From contig JASLCM010000265.1 of NCBI GenBank assembly GCA_030151845.1, forward strand, positions 1 to 33,750: a stretch of DNA of 33,750 bases, in the 5' to 3' direction. The DNA comes from Bacteroides sp. (GTDB lineage Bacteria; Bacteroidota; Bacteroidia; Bacteroidales; Bacteroidaceae). A program made the translations under genes and the position numbers. Position 1 is the stretch's first letter. Each line of letters starts with the position of its first letter. The notes below the pieces were generated by a model. It saw nothing but the letters and a program-made list of their open reading frames with translations, ran no database searches and had not been told where the DNA came from. Positions 1-8,623 of this stretch are shown one piece after another.

Positions 1-362
1 GTTGAGAAAACTCTAGGATAAGGCTCTTTTGTTATGCATATAGAGGGGTAGGTCTTATCGTCTTTGAGTAGAACATTGTACCTTGGTTGAAACTGCTTAA
101 TTAGGCTATTCTCTAAGAGTAGGGCATCCTCTTCACTATTAACAACGATATACTTGATTCGATCAATCTTGTTAACTAAAACTCTAGTTTTACCTGGTTC
201 ATGTGCCTTGTTAAAGTAGGAGCTGACTCTCTTTTTAAGGTTTTTTGCTTTTCCAACATAGATGATTTTTCCATTATTGTTGAAATATTGGTACACGCCA
301 GGTTTCTCTGGAAGGTTTTTTACCACCTCTTGAATCTTTGCATTGAAATCTTCTATAGCCAT
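1..362 (-). CDS. uvrC: Excinuclease ABC subunit C, N-terminal GIY-YIG domain (runs off the window edge)
   Basis: Not in the ORF track. Manual translation from ATG at 362: MAIEDFNAKIQEVVKNLPEKPGVYQYFNNNGKIIYVGKAKNLKKRVSSYF...EEDALLLENSLIKQFQPRYNVLLKDDKTYP, the classic UvrC N-terminus. Confidence 0.96.
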   Translation of the reverse strand, partial: MAIEDFNAKIQEVVKNLPEKPGVYQYFNNNGKIIYVGKAKNLKKRVSSYFNKAHEPGKTRVLVNKIDRIKYIVVNSEEDALLLENSLIKQFQPRYNVLLKDDKTYPSICITKEPYPRVFS

Positions 363-368
363 AAGTCA

Positions 369-400
369 CAAAAATAGGACATCAATTGATGTCCTACAAA
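369..400 (-). promoter_or_regulatory. Bacteroides-type sigma-A promoter candidate for uvrC
   Basis: Minus strand reads TTTG (400-397), a 20-nt spacer, then TATTTTTG (376-369), matching TTTG-N19-21-TAnnTTTG. A second TATTTTTG lies at 404-397. Confidence 0.55.
375..396 (-). terminator. Perfect 22-bp palindrome; probable intrinsic terminator after apt (operator is the alternative)
   Basis: TAGGACATCAATTGATGTCCTA, followed on the minus strand by TTTTTG, about 28 nt after the apt stop. Confidence 0.6.
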
Positions 401-424
401 AATACAAATTATAAATCAATAAAC

Positions 425-955
425 TTATAGTCGGAGGATAGAGTCAACTTTTATCCCTTTTTCTTCAAAAGCTTCCTTTCCTTTTAAATCCTTTAGCTCA
501 ATAATAAAGTTAACCATTGTTTTCTTGGGCTTTAAACGTTGTACCAGCTTATAGGTAGCCTCCATGGTTCCTCCTGTTGCTAGCAGGTCGTCGTGTAGAA
601 GAACAACATCATCTTTGCTTATTGCATCTTTGTGGATTTGAACAGTGTCTGTTCCATACTCCTTGTCATAGCTTTCCTCTATTGTTTCAGCGGGAAGCTT
701 CCCGGGTTTTCTAACTGTTACAAAACCAGCATTTAGTCTTGTAGCCAAGATAGGTCCCATAATAAAACCTCTTGATTCAATTCCAACTACTTTCGTTATG
801 CCGCAGTTTTTGTATTTCTCATACATCATGTCTGAGAGTATTTGCAGTGTCTCAGGGTTTGAGAAAAGAGTGGTTACGTCATAAAACAGTATACCTGGAA
901 TCGGAAAATCTTTTACTGTTCTTATGTTTTTTATTAGTTTTTCCTTATTGTTCAT
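425..955 (-). CDS. apt: Adenine phosphoribosyltransferase
   Basis: DFPIPGILFYDVT, GIESRGF, RKPGKLP, EYGTD and PRPP motif HDDLLATGGT. Start moved to ATG 955 (MNNKEKLIK) because the upstream MFHVEH is the translated parS site. Confidence 0.96.
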   Translation of the reverse strand: MNNKEKLIKNIRTVKDFPIPGILFYDVTTLFSNPETLQILSDMMYEKYKNCGITKVVGIESRGFIMGPILATRLNAGFVTVRKPGKLPAETIEESYDKEYGTDTVQIHKDAISKDDVVLLHDDLLATGGTMEATYKLVQRLKPKKTMVNFIIELKDLKGKEAFEEKGIKVDSILRL

Positions 956-971
956 TGCTATATTTTTAAAA

Positions 972-987
972 TGTTCCACGTGAAACA
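972..987. promoter_or_regulatory. parS: parS chromosome-partition site (ParB/Spo0J binding)
   Basis: TGTTCCACGTGAAACA matches the consensus TGTTNCACGTGAAACA; intergenic, 4 nt beyond the mnmG stop. Confidence 0.9.
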
Positions 988-991
988 AAAT

Positions 992-2875
992 TTATTTTTG
1001 TGCTAAAACGAGAAGGACGTTTACGTCGCTGGGGGAAACCCCTGGGATCCTACTTGCTTGTGCTATGTTTTCAGGATCTATTTTTTTTAGCTTTTCTCTA
1101 GCCTCGGTTGATAAAGAGTGAACCTTATCATAATTGAATTTACCTCTAATTTTAATGTTTTCGAGGCGAACAAGCTTGTCGGCAATCATTCTTTCTCTCT
1201 CAATGTATCCTTGATACTTCATTCTTATTTCCGCAGCCTCTATAATTTCTTCTTTTCTATCTGAAATTCTCTCCATACGTTCTTTAAGGTCGGGAATGAA
1301 GGGGGATATGTTGTCAAGTGTAACCTGAGGTCTTGTTATTAAATCTACAAGCTTACAGCCATGTTTAAGTGGGGTGGTGCCTAATGACTCTAAAGCTCCA
1401 TTAAGATATTTGGGCTTTACCGAGTAGCTTTTAACAAACTCGATTAAATCTTCTATCTGTTCTCTCTTTTGAATGAAGAGTGAGTACCGCTCTTTGCTTG
1501 CCAGTCCTAACTCCCAAGCTTTGGGTGTAAGTCTCATGTCGGCATCATCCATTCGTAGCAGAATTCTGTATTCAGCACGAGAAGTAAACATTCGATAGGG
1601 CTCATCGACCCCCTTAGTTACTAAATCATCAATTAATACACCTATGTAGGCTTCATCTCTTCCAAGAATGAAGTCTTTACCTCCATGGCATCTGATATGT
1701 GCGTTGATTCCTGCCATCATTCCTTGACCTGAAGCCTCCTCATAGCCTGTAGTTCCATTTACTTGTCCAGCAAAATAGAGGTTCTTAACCACTTTGGACT
1801 CCATTGTGTGGTATAGTTGGGTTGGATCAAAAAAGTCATATTCAATAGCATATCCAGGCCTGTAGAGAACAACATCTTTAAATGCAGGGATTTTTTTGAT
1901 CGCTTTAATCTGTATGTCCATTGGAAGAGAAGAGGAGAAACCATTAAGGTAAAACTCTTCTGTGCTTTCTCCTTCAGGTTCTAAGAATAGCTGATGTTTC
2001 TCCTTGTCGGGGAAGGTTACAATTTTAGTCTCAATACTAGGACAATACCTAGGTCCTATACTCTGAATTTGCCCGTTGTATAAAGGAGAGTCTTTTAGTC
2101 CTTGCTCCAAAACTTCGTGAGCTTCAGCAGTGGTGTAACAGGTCCAACAAGGCAGTTGTTTGAGTTTCTTCTTGCCTGTATTCATAAAAGAGAATTTATG
2201 AAAGCTATCATCGCCACCTTGGGTCTCCATGAGGTCGTAATTGACGCTTCGGCCATCGATACGCATAGGAGTACCTGTTTTCATTCTATCGTACTTGATT
2301 CCAAAGCTAGCTATCGATTCGGTTAAGAAATAAGAGGAGGGGTCAGCCATACGCCCACCATCCAGTTGAACTTTTCCAATATGCATTAAACCATTGAGAA
2401 ATGTCCCAGCAGTAATGATGATACAATTGGCTTTAAATTCAGCCTCTAAAAGAGTCTTAAGGCCTATAACCTGTCCGTCTTTTACCAGTAGCTCCTTCAC
2501 AGTGTCTTGCCAAATGTGTAGGTTGGGTGTTTGGTCTAGCGTTTCTCTCCATTCCCAAATGTACTTGTTTCGGTCACACTGTGCTCGCGGACTCCACATA
2601 GCAGGTCCTTTAGAGCTATTGAGAATTCTAAACTGTATGGCTGTCTTGTCGGTAATTAGTCCCATTTCACCGCCTAGTGCATCTATTTCACGAACGATTT
2701 GCCCTTTTGCAATTCCGCCTATTGCTGGGTTGCAGCTCATTTGTGCAACCTTGTTCATGTCCATGGTTATAAGGCAGGTTTTGGAACCCAGTTTTGCCGC
2801 TGCAACAGCAGCCTCGCAGCCTGCGTGTCCAGCTCCAATTACTATAATGTCGTATGAAAAATTCATTGAACTCAT
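992..2875 (-). CDS. mnmG: tRNA uridine-34 5-carboxymethylaminomethyl modification enzyme MnmG (GidA)
   Basis: FAD motif IGAGHAGCEAA, MSCNPAIGG, KTGTP, GPRYCPSIE, AGQVNGTTGYEEA, EPYRMFTSRAEYR; 627 aa. Start may be the second Met (2866). Confidence 0.98.
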   Translation of the reverse strand: MSSMNFSYDIIVIGAGHAGCEAAVAAAKLGSKTCLITMDMNKVAQMSCNPAIGGIAKGQIVREIDALGGEMGLITDKTAIQFRILNSSKGPAMWSPRAQCDRNKYIWEWRETLDQTPNLHIWQDTVKELLVKDGQVIGLKTLLEAEFKANCIIITAGTFLNGLMHIGKVQLDGGRMADPSSYFLTESIASFGIKYDRMKTGTPMRIDGRSVNYDLMETQGGDDSFHKFSFMNTGKKKLKQLPCWTCYTTAEAHEVLEQGLKDSPLYNGQIQSIGPRYCPSIETKIVTFPDKEKHQLFLEPEGESTEEFYLNGFSSSLPMDIQIKAIKKIPAFKDVVLYRPGYAIEYDFFDPTQLYHTMESKVVKNLYFAGQVNGTTGYEEASGQGMMAGINAHIRCHGGKDFILGRDEAYIGVLIDDLVTKGVDEPYRMFTSRAEYRILLRMDDADMRLTPKAWELGLASKERYSLFIQKREQIEDLIEFVKSYSVKPKYLNGALESLGTTPLKHGCKLVDLITRPQVTLDNISPFIPDLKERMERISDRKEEIIEAAEIRMKYQGYIERERMIADKLVRLENIKIRGKFNYDKVHSLSTEAREKLKKIDPENIAQASRIPGVSPSDVNVLLVLAQK

Positions 2876-2886
2876 TTTTCTCTTCT

Positions 2887-3312
2887 TTACTGCATTTTTA
2901 CTCTTAAATCTAGAGCCTTGTTTTCTTCAACCTCCATGATTTCTCTCTCTCCTGGCCCTTTGTCATTGATTCCACATAGATGAAGAATACCGTGGATAAT
3001 CGCTCTATCTAACTCTTCTTTATAGTCGGTTTTGAACAACTTAGAATTGCTCTCTACTGTATCAGTACTGATGTAAATATCACCAGATACAAGTTTTCCT
3101 TTGCAATAGTCAAAGGTAATAACATCTGTGTAATAGTTATGTTTGAGGAACTCATTATTTACAGCAAGAATTTTCTCGTCGTTGCAAAAGACATAAGAGA
3201 TTGTTCCTGTTCGTTTACCATGACTAGCTATAACTCGTCTTATCCAATCTTTTTTCTCTTCAGGGTTATTGATAGGAAGATCAACTCCCTCGGTATAAAA
3301 GTTTATTTCCAT
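2887..3312 (-). CDS. ybeY: rRNA maturation endoribonuclease YbeY
   Basis: TDVITF, GDIYIS and the HGILHLCGIND metal-binding motif; 141 aa. Confidence 0.95.
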   Translation of the reverse strand: MEINFYTEGVDLPINNPEEKKDWIRRVIASHGKRTGTISYVFCNDEKILAVNNEFLKHNYYTDVITFDYCKGKLVSGDIYISTDTVESNSKLFKTDYKEELDRAIIHGILHLCGINDKGPGEREIMEVEENKALDLRVKMQ

Positions 3313-3320
3313 TTTTGGTT

Positions 3321-4553
3321 TTAAAAGAAAAAGAGGTAACTCAAAAGAATTGCAGCAAGGATACCCGTAAAATCGGCAATGAGTCCGCAGGTTACAGCAT
3401 TTCTTGTTTTGCTGATTCCTACACTACCAAAATATACAGCTAGTATATAGAATGTTGTATCCGATGCACCTCGAACAACGCAGCTCATTTTTCCCGTAAA
3501 GGAGTCGACCCCATAACTATTCATTGCATCAATCATTAATCCATTAGCTGCACTTCCGCTTAGCGATTTCATTAAAGCAGTGGGTAATGCTCCTACAAAG
3601 CTTGTATCTATATGCACAGCTGCAAACACGGATTGAATAATGTCAATTAAAACAGTCATAGCACCAGAGGCTCTAAATACGCCAATAGCTACGAGAAAGG
3701 CTACAAGGTAGGGGATGATTCTTACTGCAGTTTTAAATCCCTCTCTAGCTCCCTCTATAAAAGTTTCATAAACATTGATTTTTTTTCTTATTCCACTAAC
3801 AATGAAACAAATAATTACAGAAAACAGTATAAGGTTTGCTGCAATACTGGCTACTTTGTTAGTAGTACAACTTGGCAATATAGAGAAAATACAAATTATA
3901 AATCCTATAAAAACAGAAATTAACAATATGAAGCTTATTGATTTAAAGCTAAACAAATTTATTTTTTGGTAGAAACTAACCGCTAGGACCCCAGCAAGTG
4001 TTGATAGGAAGGTGCTTAAGAGGATTGGAATAAAGATATCTGTAGGTTGTATAGCTCCAAGTTGTGCTCTGTAGACCATAATTGTTATAGGAATTAGAGT
4101 TAAGCCAGATGTATTGAGTACAAGAAACATTATCATTGAGTTACTTGCTGTATCTTTCTCTTTATTGAGAGTTTGTAACTCTTTCATGGCATTGAGTCCA
4201 AGCGGGGTAGCAGCATTGTCTAGACCCAACATATTTGCAGCTATATTCATAAAAATAGCTCCAAGTGCAGGGTGATTTTGTGGAATTTCTGGAAAAAGCT
4301 TGGTAAGTATCGGATTTAACCCTTTGGCCAGACGGTTTATAAGTCCACTTTTTTCACCGATTTTTAGAATGCCTAGCCACAACGAAAGGACACCTGTAAG
4401 GCCAAGAGCTAGTTCGAAAGCAGTTTTTGAGGAGCTAAAGGTTGACGAGATTATTAGGTTGAAAACTTCTGTATCTCCAAACCCTATAAGCTTAATAAGA
4501 GCCACAAGAAAGGAGATAATGAAAAAAGCAATCCAGATGTAGTTTAATGCCAT
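3321..4553 (-). CDS. Fused SpmA/SpmB-like nucleoside-recognition (Gate) domain membrane protein
   Basis: ANMLGLDNAATPLGLNAMKELQ (SpmA-like) and FIEGAREG...DTTFYILAVYFGSVGI (SpmB-like); multiple hydrophobic segments. Confidence 0.88.
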   Translation of the reverse strand: MALNYIWIAFFIISFLVALIKLIGFGDTEVFNLIISSTFSSSKTAFELALGLTGVLSLWLGILKIGEKSGLINRLAKGLNPILTKLFPEIPQNHPALGAIFMNIAANMLGLDNAATPLGLNAMKELQTLNKEKDTASNSMIMFLVLNTSGLTLIPITIMVYRAQLGAIQPTDIFIPILLSTFLSTLAGVLAVSFYQKINLFSFKSISFILLISVFIGFIICIFSILPSCTTNKVASIAANLILFSVIICFIVSGIRKKINVYETFIEGAREGFKTAVRIIPYLVAFLVAIGVFRASGAMTVLIDIIQSVFAAVHIDTSFVGALPTALMKSLSGSAANGLMIDAMNSYGVDSFTGKMSCVVRGASDTTFYILAVYFGSVGISKTRNAVTCGLIADFTGILAAILLSYLFFF

Positions 4554-4569
4554 AGCCTTTACTTTCTTG

Positions 4570-4577
4570 CAAAAATA
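4570..4577 (-). promoter_or_regulatory. -7 promoter box for the spmAB-ybeY-mnmG-apt unit
   Basis: CAAAAATA on plus = TATTTTTG on minus, 16 nt upstream of the ATG at 4553. Confidence 0.6.
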
Positions 4578-4688
4578 GAAAAATGTTAGTAGTAAACCGC
4601 TGTTTTTGTTATTTATAGATTACCAAAAAGAGTTTTTTAAGCAATGAAGAAACTTAAATGTTATAGCAACGTTTCTCTTTTATCTTTA

Positions 4689-4696
4689 TACCTTTG
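4689..4696 (+). promoter_or_regulatory. -7 promoter box for the ruvB unit
   Basis: TACCTTTG, 20 nt upstream of ATG 4717. Confidence 0.6.
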
Positions 4697-4716
4697 TTCT
4701 TATTATATTGAAGCGT

Positions 4717-5742
4717 ATGGAAGAAGAATTTGATATACGAGATCCCCAACTAACCTCTCGTGAGCGTGATTTTGAAAATGAATTGCGGCCGTTGACTTTT
4801 GATGATTTTAGTGGTCAGGAGAAAGTTATTGAGAATCTGAGAATTTTTGTACAGGCAGCAAAGCTTCGTGGAGAGGCTTTGGACCATGTTCTATTACATG
4901 GACCTCCAGGACTAGGGAAAACTACCTTATCGGCAATTATTGCAAATGAATTACAGGTGGGGTGTAAGATAACTTCGGGACCCGTATTGGATAAACCAGG
5001 AGACCTAGCTGGTGTACTTACCAACCTAGAACCTAATGATGTTCTCTTTATTGATGAAATTCATCGTCTCTCTCCCATAGTAGAGGAGTATCTTTACTCC
5101 GCTATGGAAGATTACCGAATAGATATAATGATCGATAAAGGTCCCTCTGCACGTAGTATCCAATTAGAGTTAAATCCTTTTACCCTTGTAGGGGCAACAA
5201 CAAGAAGTGGTTTGCTTACCGCTCCCCTCCGAGCTAGGTTTGGTATAAACTCACATCTGGAGTACTATGATGATGAAATTCTAACTCATATTGTATTGCG
5301 TTCTTCTTCTATTCTCGAAGTGCACTGCGATACAGATGCTGCAGCAGAAATAGCCTCTAGAAGTAGAGGAACACCACGTATAGCAAACGCATTGCTCCGT
5401 AGAGTAAGAGATTTTGCTCAAGTTAAAGGAGATGGGGCTATTGATTTGGAAATTGCTAAATATGCGTTAGAAGCATTAAATATTGACCAGTACGGTTTGG
5501 ATGAAGTGGATAATAAGATATTAATAACACTTATCGATAAGTTTAGAGGAGGTCCCGTGGGCTTAAGCACCATTGCAACAGCTTTAGGTGAAGATCCTGG
5601 AACGATAGAAGAGGTGTATGAACCGTTTCTAATTAAAGAGGGCTTTTTAAAACGAACCCCCCGTGGAAGAGAAGTTACCTTATTAGCTTATGAACACTTA
5701 GGAAGAATGAAAGGAGAAAATGACTATCCTCAGCTTTTTTAA
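4717..5742 (+). CDS. ruvB: Holliday junction branch migration helicase RuvB
   Basis: LRP..F..F.GQ, Walker [42 protein letters not shown] 4717 preferred over TTG 4708. Confidence 0.98.
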   Translation: MEEEFDIRDPQLTSRERDFENELRPLTFDDFSGQEKVIENLRIFVQAAKLRGEALDHVLLHGPPGLGKTTLSAIIANELQVGCKITSGPVLDKPGDLAGVLTNLEPNDVLFIDEIHRLSPIVEEYLYSAMEDYRIDIMIDKGPSARSIQLELNPFTLVGATTRSGLLTAPLRARFGINSHLEYYDDEILTHIVLRSSSILEVHCDTDAAAEIASRSRGTPRIANALLRRVRDFAQVKGDGAIDLEIAKYALEALNIDQYGLDEVDNKILITLIDKFRGGPVGLSTIATALGEDPGTIEEVYEPFLIKEGFLKRTPRGREVTLLAYEHLGRMKGENDYPQLF

Positions 5743-5760
5743 AGGAAAGAAGAATAATTT

Positions 5761-7251
5761 ATGAGTGGATTAAAAAATCTAGCAAAAGATACGGCAATTT
5801 ATGGAATGAGCAGTATCATTGGTCGCTTTTTAAACTATCTATTGGTTCCCCTATATGTTGGGGTCATGTCGGCAGAGTCTGGTGAGTATGGCATTGTAAC
5901 AAATGTATATGCTATCATAGCTTTGCTCTTGGTTATTTTGACCTACGGCATGGAAACAGGTTTTTTTCGTTATGTGAATAAGGGTAATGAAGATCCAATG
6001 AGAGTTTACTCTACTATATTAATAGCAGTAGGTAGCACTTCAACGATTTTTCTTCTTTTCTCTCTTCTTTTTTTAACTCCGATTTCAAACTTTCTAGGGT
6101 ATGGGGAACATCCTAGCTATTTGGCGATGATGCTCACAGTAGTGGCCTTTGATGCTTTCCAGTGCATTCCATTTGCCTACTTAAGGTACAAGCGTAGGCC
6201 AATGAAGTTTGCTGCTATTAAAGTTTATTTTGTAGCTGTTAATATACTTTTAAATTTATTCTTTCTTCTGGCCTGTCCGGTTTTGAAAGTAAATCATCCA
6301 ACACTCTTTGGTTGGTTTGATTCCGCCAATTTGGCTAAGTATGTATTTGTAGCCAATCTTTTAGCTACATCAACACAAATGCTTTTTTTTATCCCAGAAC
6401 TCAAGGGATTTAGTTATAGATTTGATTGGCCACTTTTCAAGAAAATTGCTAATTATTCACTCCCTATATTAGTTCTCGGTATAGCTGGGGTGTTAAATCA
6501 GACTGTAGATAAGATCATTTTTCCTTTTTTATTTGAAGATTCAGGTGTGGCGAGAGTAGAACTTGGAATATATGGAGCAGCTAGTAAGATAGCAATGATA
6601 ATGGCCATGTTTACTCAAGCTTTTAGATATGCCTATGAGCCCTTTGTTTTTGGGAAAAGTAGAGAAAAGGATAACCGAAAAATGTATGCTTCGGCCATGA
6701 AATTTTTCATCATATTTACCATTCTTGCCTATTTAGCCGTCATGTTTTATCTCGACTTACTGAAGTATATTCTTCAGCCCGACTACTGGAAAGGCTTGAA
6801 GGTGGTTCCCATTGTAATGGGGGCCGAAATTTTTATGGGAATTTATTTCAATCTCTCTTTCTGGTATAAGTTAATCGATCAAACAAAATGGGGAGCCTAT
6901 TTCTCCCTTATTGGATGCGTGGTGATTATCTCTCTTAATCTTATTTTTGTTCCTTACTTTAGTTATATGGCCTCCGCTTGGGCTGGTTTCATTGGTTATG
7001 CACTGGTAACATTGCTCTCTTATTTTATTGGACAGAAAAAATATCCTATAAATTATCCCCTAAAGAGTATTTTCAAGTATATTGTGCTAGGAGCAGTGAT
7101 AGCCTTTTTGGGATTTGCTGTTACCATAGATAGTTTAGTATTACGATTGATTTATCGTACTTTCTTACTTCTTCTATTTGTTGCCTATTTAGTGAAAAAG
7201 GACTTGCCTTTAGAAGAGATTCCTATTATCAATCGTTTTGTAAAGAGATAA
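5761..7251 (+). CDS. MOP-superfamily (Wzx/MurJ-like) oligosaccharide flippase
   Basis: 496 aa, roughly 14 hydrophobic segments, N-terminal LAKDTAIYGMSSIIGRFLNYLLVPLY and YSLP...DK...LGIYGAASKIA pattern typical of polysaccharide-biosynthesis flippases. Confidence 0.85.
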   Translation: MSGLKNLAKDTAIYGMSSIIGRFLNYLLVPLYVGVMSAESGEYGIVTNVYAIIALLLVILTYGMETGFFRYVNKGNEDPMRVYSTILIAVGSTSTIFLLFSLLFLTPISNFLGYGEHPSYLAMMLTVVAFDAFQCIPFAYLRYKRRPMKFAAIKVYFVAVNILLNLFFLLACPVLKVNHPTLFGWFDSANLAKYVFVANLLATSTQMLFFIPELKGFSYRFDWPLFKKIANYSLPILVLGIAGVLNQTVDKIIFPFLFEDSGVARVELGIYGAASKIAMIMAMFTQAFRYAYEPFVFGKSREKDNRKMYASAMKFFIIFTILAYLAVMFYLDLLKYILQPDYWKGLKVVPIVMGAEIFMGIYFNLSFWYKLIDQTKWGAYFSLIGCVVIISLNLIFVPYFSYMASAWAGFIGYALVTLLSYFIGQKKYPINYPLKSIFKYIVLGAVIAFLGFAVTIDSLVLRLIYRTFLLLLFVAYLVKKDLPLEEIPIINRFVKR

Positions 7252-7254
7252 ATA

Positions 7255-8616
7255 ATGAAAGCTGATAAAAGAAATGTTTTTGCAATAAAGTCTTTCCTGC
7301 ATGAATACTTAGACCTTAGGAAGGATAAAGACAACGAGTTTGAAACCGTTGAATCTATCAAAAAAGGGGTAGAGTTCAAGGGAGCCAACCTATGGATTCT
7401 TATTTTTGCCACTTTTATGGCATCGCTTGGATTAAATGTAAACTCAACAGCGGTTATCATTGGTGCGATGCTTATTTCCCCACTTATGGGGCCTATAATG
7501 GGAGTGGGGCTATCTGTTGGTGTGAACGACTTTGAGTTGATGAAAAAATCCTTAAAAAGCTTTTTAATAACAACAGCTTTTAGTGTGACGACCTCTACTG
7601 TTTACTTCTTCTTTTCTCCTATAGCCGAAGCTCAATCTGAACTATTAGCTAGAACATCACCTACCATTTACGATGTTTTTATAGCTCTTTTTGGTGGTTT
7701 AGCTGGTGTGGTTGCAGTCTCTACGAAAGAGAAGGGTAACGTTATTCCTGGTGTAGCAATAGCTACAGCTTTAATGCCTCCTTTGTGTACAGCAGGTTAT
7801 GGTTTAGCTACAGGTAACTTAATTTACTTTTTAGGTGCATTCTATCTCTATTTTATCAATTCGGTCTTTATAAGCGTAGCAACCTTCATGGGGGTTCGAT
7901 TGATGCATTTTAGGCGAAAAGAGTTTGTTGATAAAGCAAGAGAAAGGTTAGTACGAAAGTACATTATCCTAATAGTGGTTCTCACGATGTGTCCGGCTCT
8001 ATACTTAACCGTAGGTATTATTAAAAGTACGTTTTATGAGAGTGCAGTAAATCGTTTCATTAATGAACAGTTGAACTTTGATAACACACAAGTTCTTAGT
8101 AAAAAGATTGTCTCCAAAGGGAATGAGAAAGAGGTTAGAATTGTTTTAATAGGTGAAGAGGTTCCAGAAGCCTCTATTAAGTTGGCTCGAGGAAAGATGG
8201 CAGACTATAAATTAAAAGATACAGAGCTAACAATACTCCAAGGTATGAACAATGATGCGGTTGATGTGACCTCAATTAAAGCCATGGTTATGGAAGATTT
8301 TTATCGGAACAGTGAGATGAGGCTAGAGGAGCAGAAGAACGAGATAGATACATTGCAACAAAAGTTAGATCGTTACAAATCTTATAATAAAATGAGCAAG
8401 GAGCTTGCTCCTGAATTGAAGGTTTTATATCCCTCCATTCACTCACTCTCTTTAGCGCATGCAGTTCAAACAACTGTTGAGTCTCTTGGAGAGGATACGA
8501 TCACATTAGCTGTCTTAAAATTTAAAGATAGACCTTCAGTGTCTGATCAGAAAAAAATTAAAGCTTGGCTACAAGCTCGACTAAATTCAGAGCGTGTTCA
8601 CTTAATTATAGAGTAA
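7255..8616 (+). CDS. DUF389 / TIGR00341 family membrane protein
   Basis: NSTAVIIGAMLISPLMGPI and PGVAIATALMPPL signature motifs; soluble C-terminus with a coiled-coil-like stretch. Confidence 0.9.
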   Translation: MKADKRNVFAIKSFLHEYLDLRKDKDNEFETVESIKKGVEFKGANLWILIFATFMASLGLNVNSTAVIIGAMLISPLMGPIMGVGLSVGVNDFELMKKSLKSFLITTAFSVTTSTVYFFFSPIAEAQSELLARTSPTIYDVFIALFGGLAGVVAVSTKEKGNVIPGVAIATALMPPLCTAGYGLATGNLIYFLGAFYLYFINSVFISVATFMGVRLMHFRRKEFVDKARERLVRKYIILIVVLTMCPALYLTVGIIKSTFYESAVNRFINEQLNFDNTQVLSKKIVSKGNEKEVRIVLIGEEVPEASIKLARGKMADYKLKDTELTILQGMNNDAVDVTSIKAMVMEDFYRNSEMRLEEQKNEIDTLQQKLDRYKSYNKMSKELAPELKVLYPSIHSLSLAHAVQTTVESLGEDTITLAVLKFKDRPSVSDQKKIKAWLQARLNSERVHLIIE

Positions 8617-8623
8617 TAGGATA

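Noticed and set aside
956..988. N-terminal extension MFHVEHFKNIA of apt in the ORF track
   Set aside because: It is the translation of the parS palindrome; APRT-like sequence begins at the ATG at 955.
1081..1088. A/T homopolymer runs of about 8 nt (also near 3779-3786) as phase-variation tracts
   Set aside because: Expected in AT-rich Lys/Phe codons; the reading frames are intact.
2394..2939. 181-aa plus-strand ORF
   Set aside because: Antisense shadow of mnmG with no recognisable motif.
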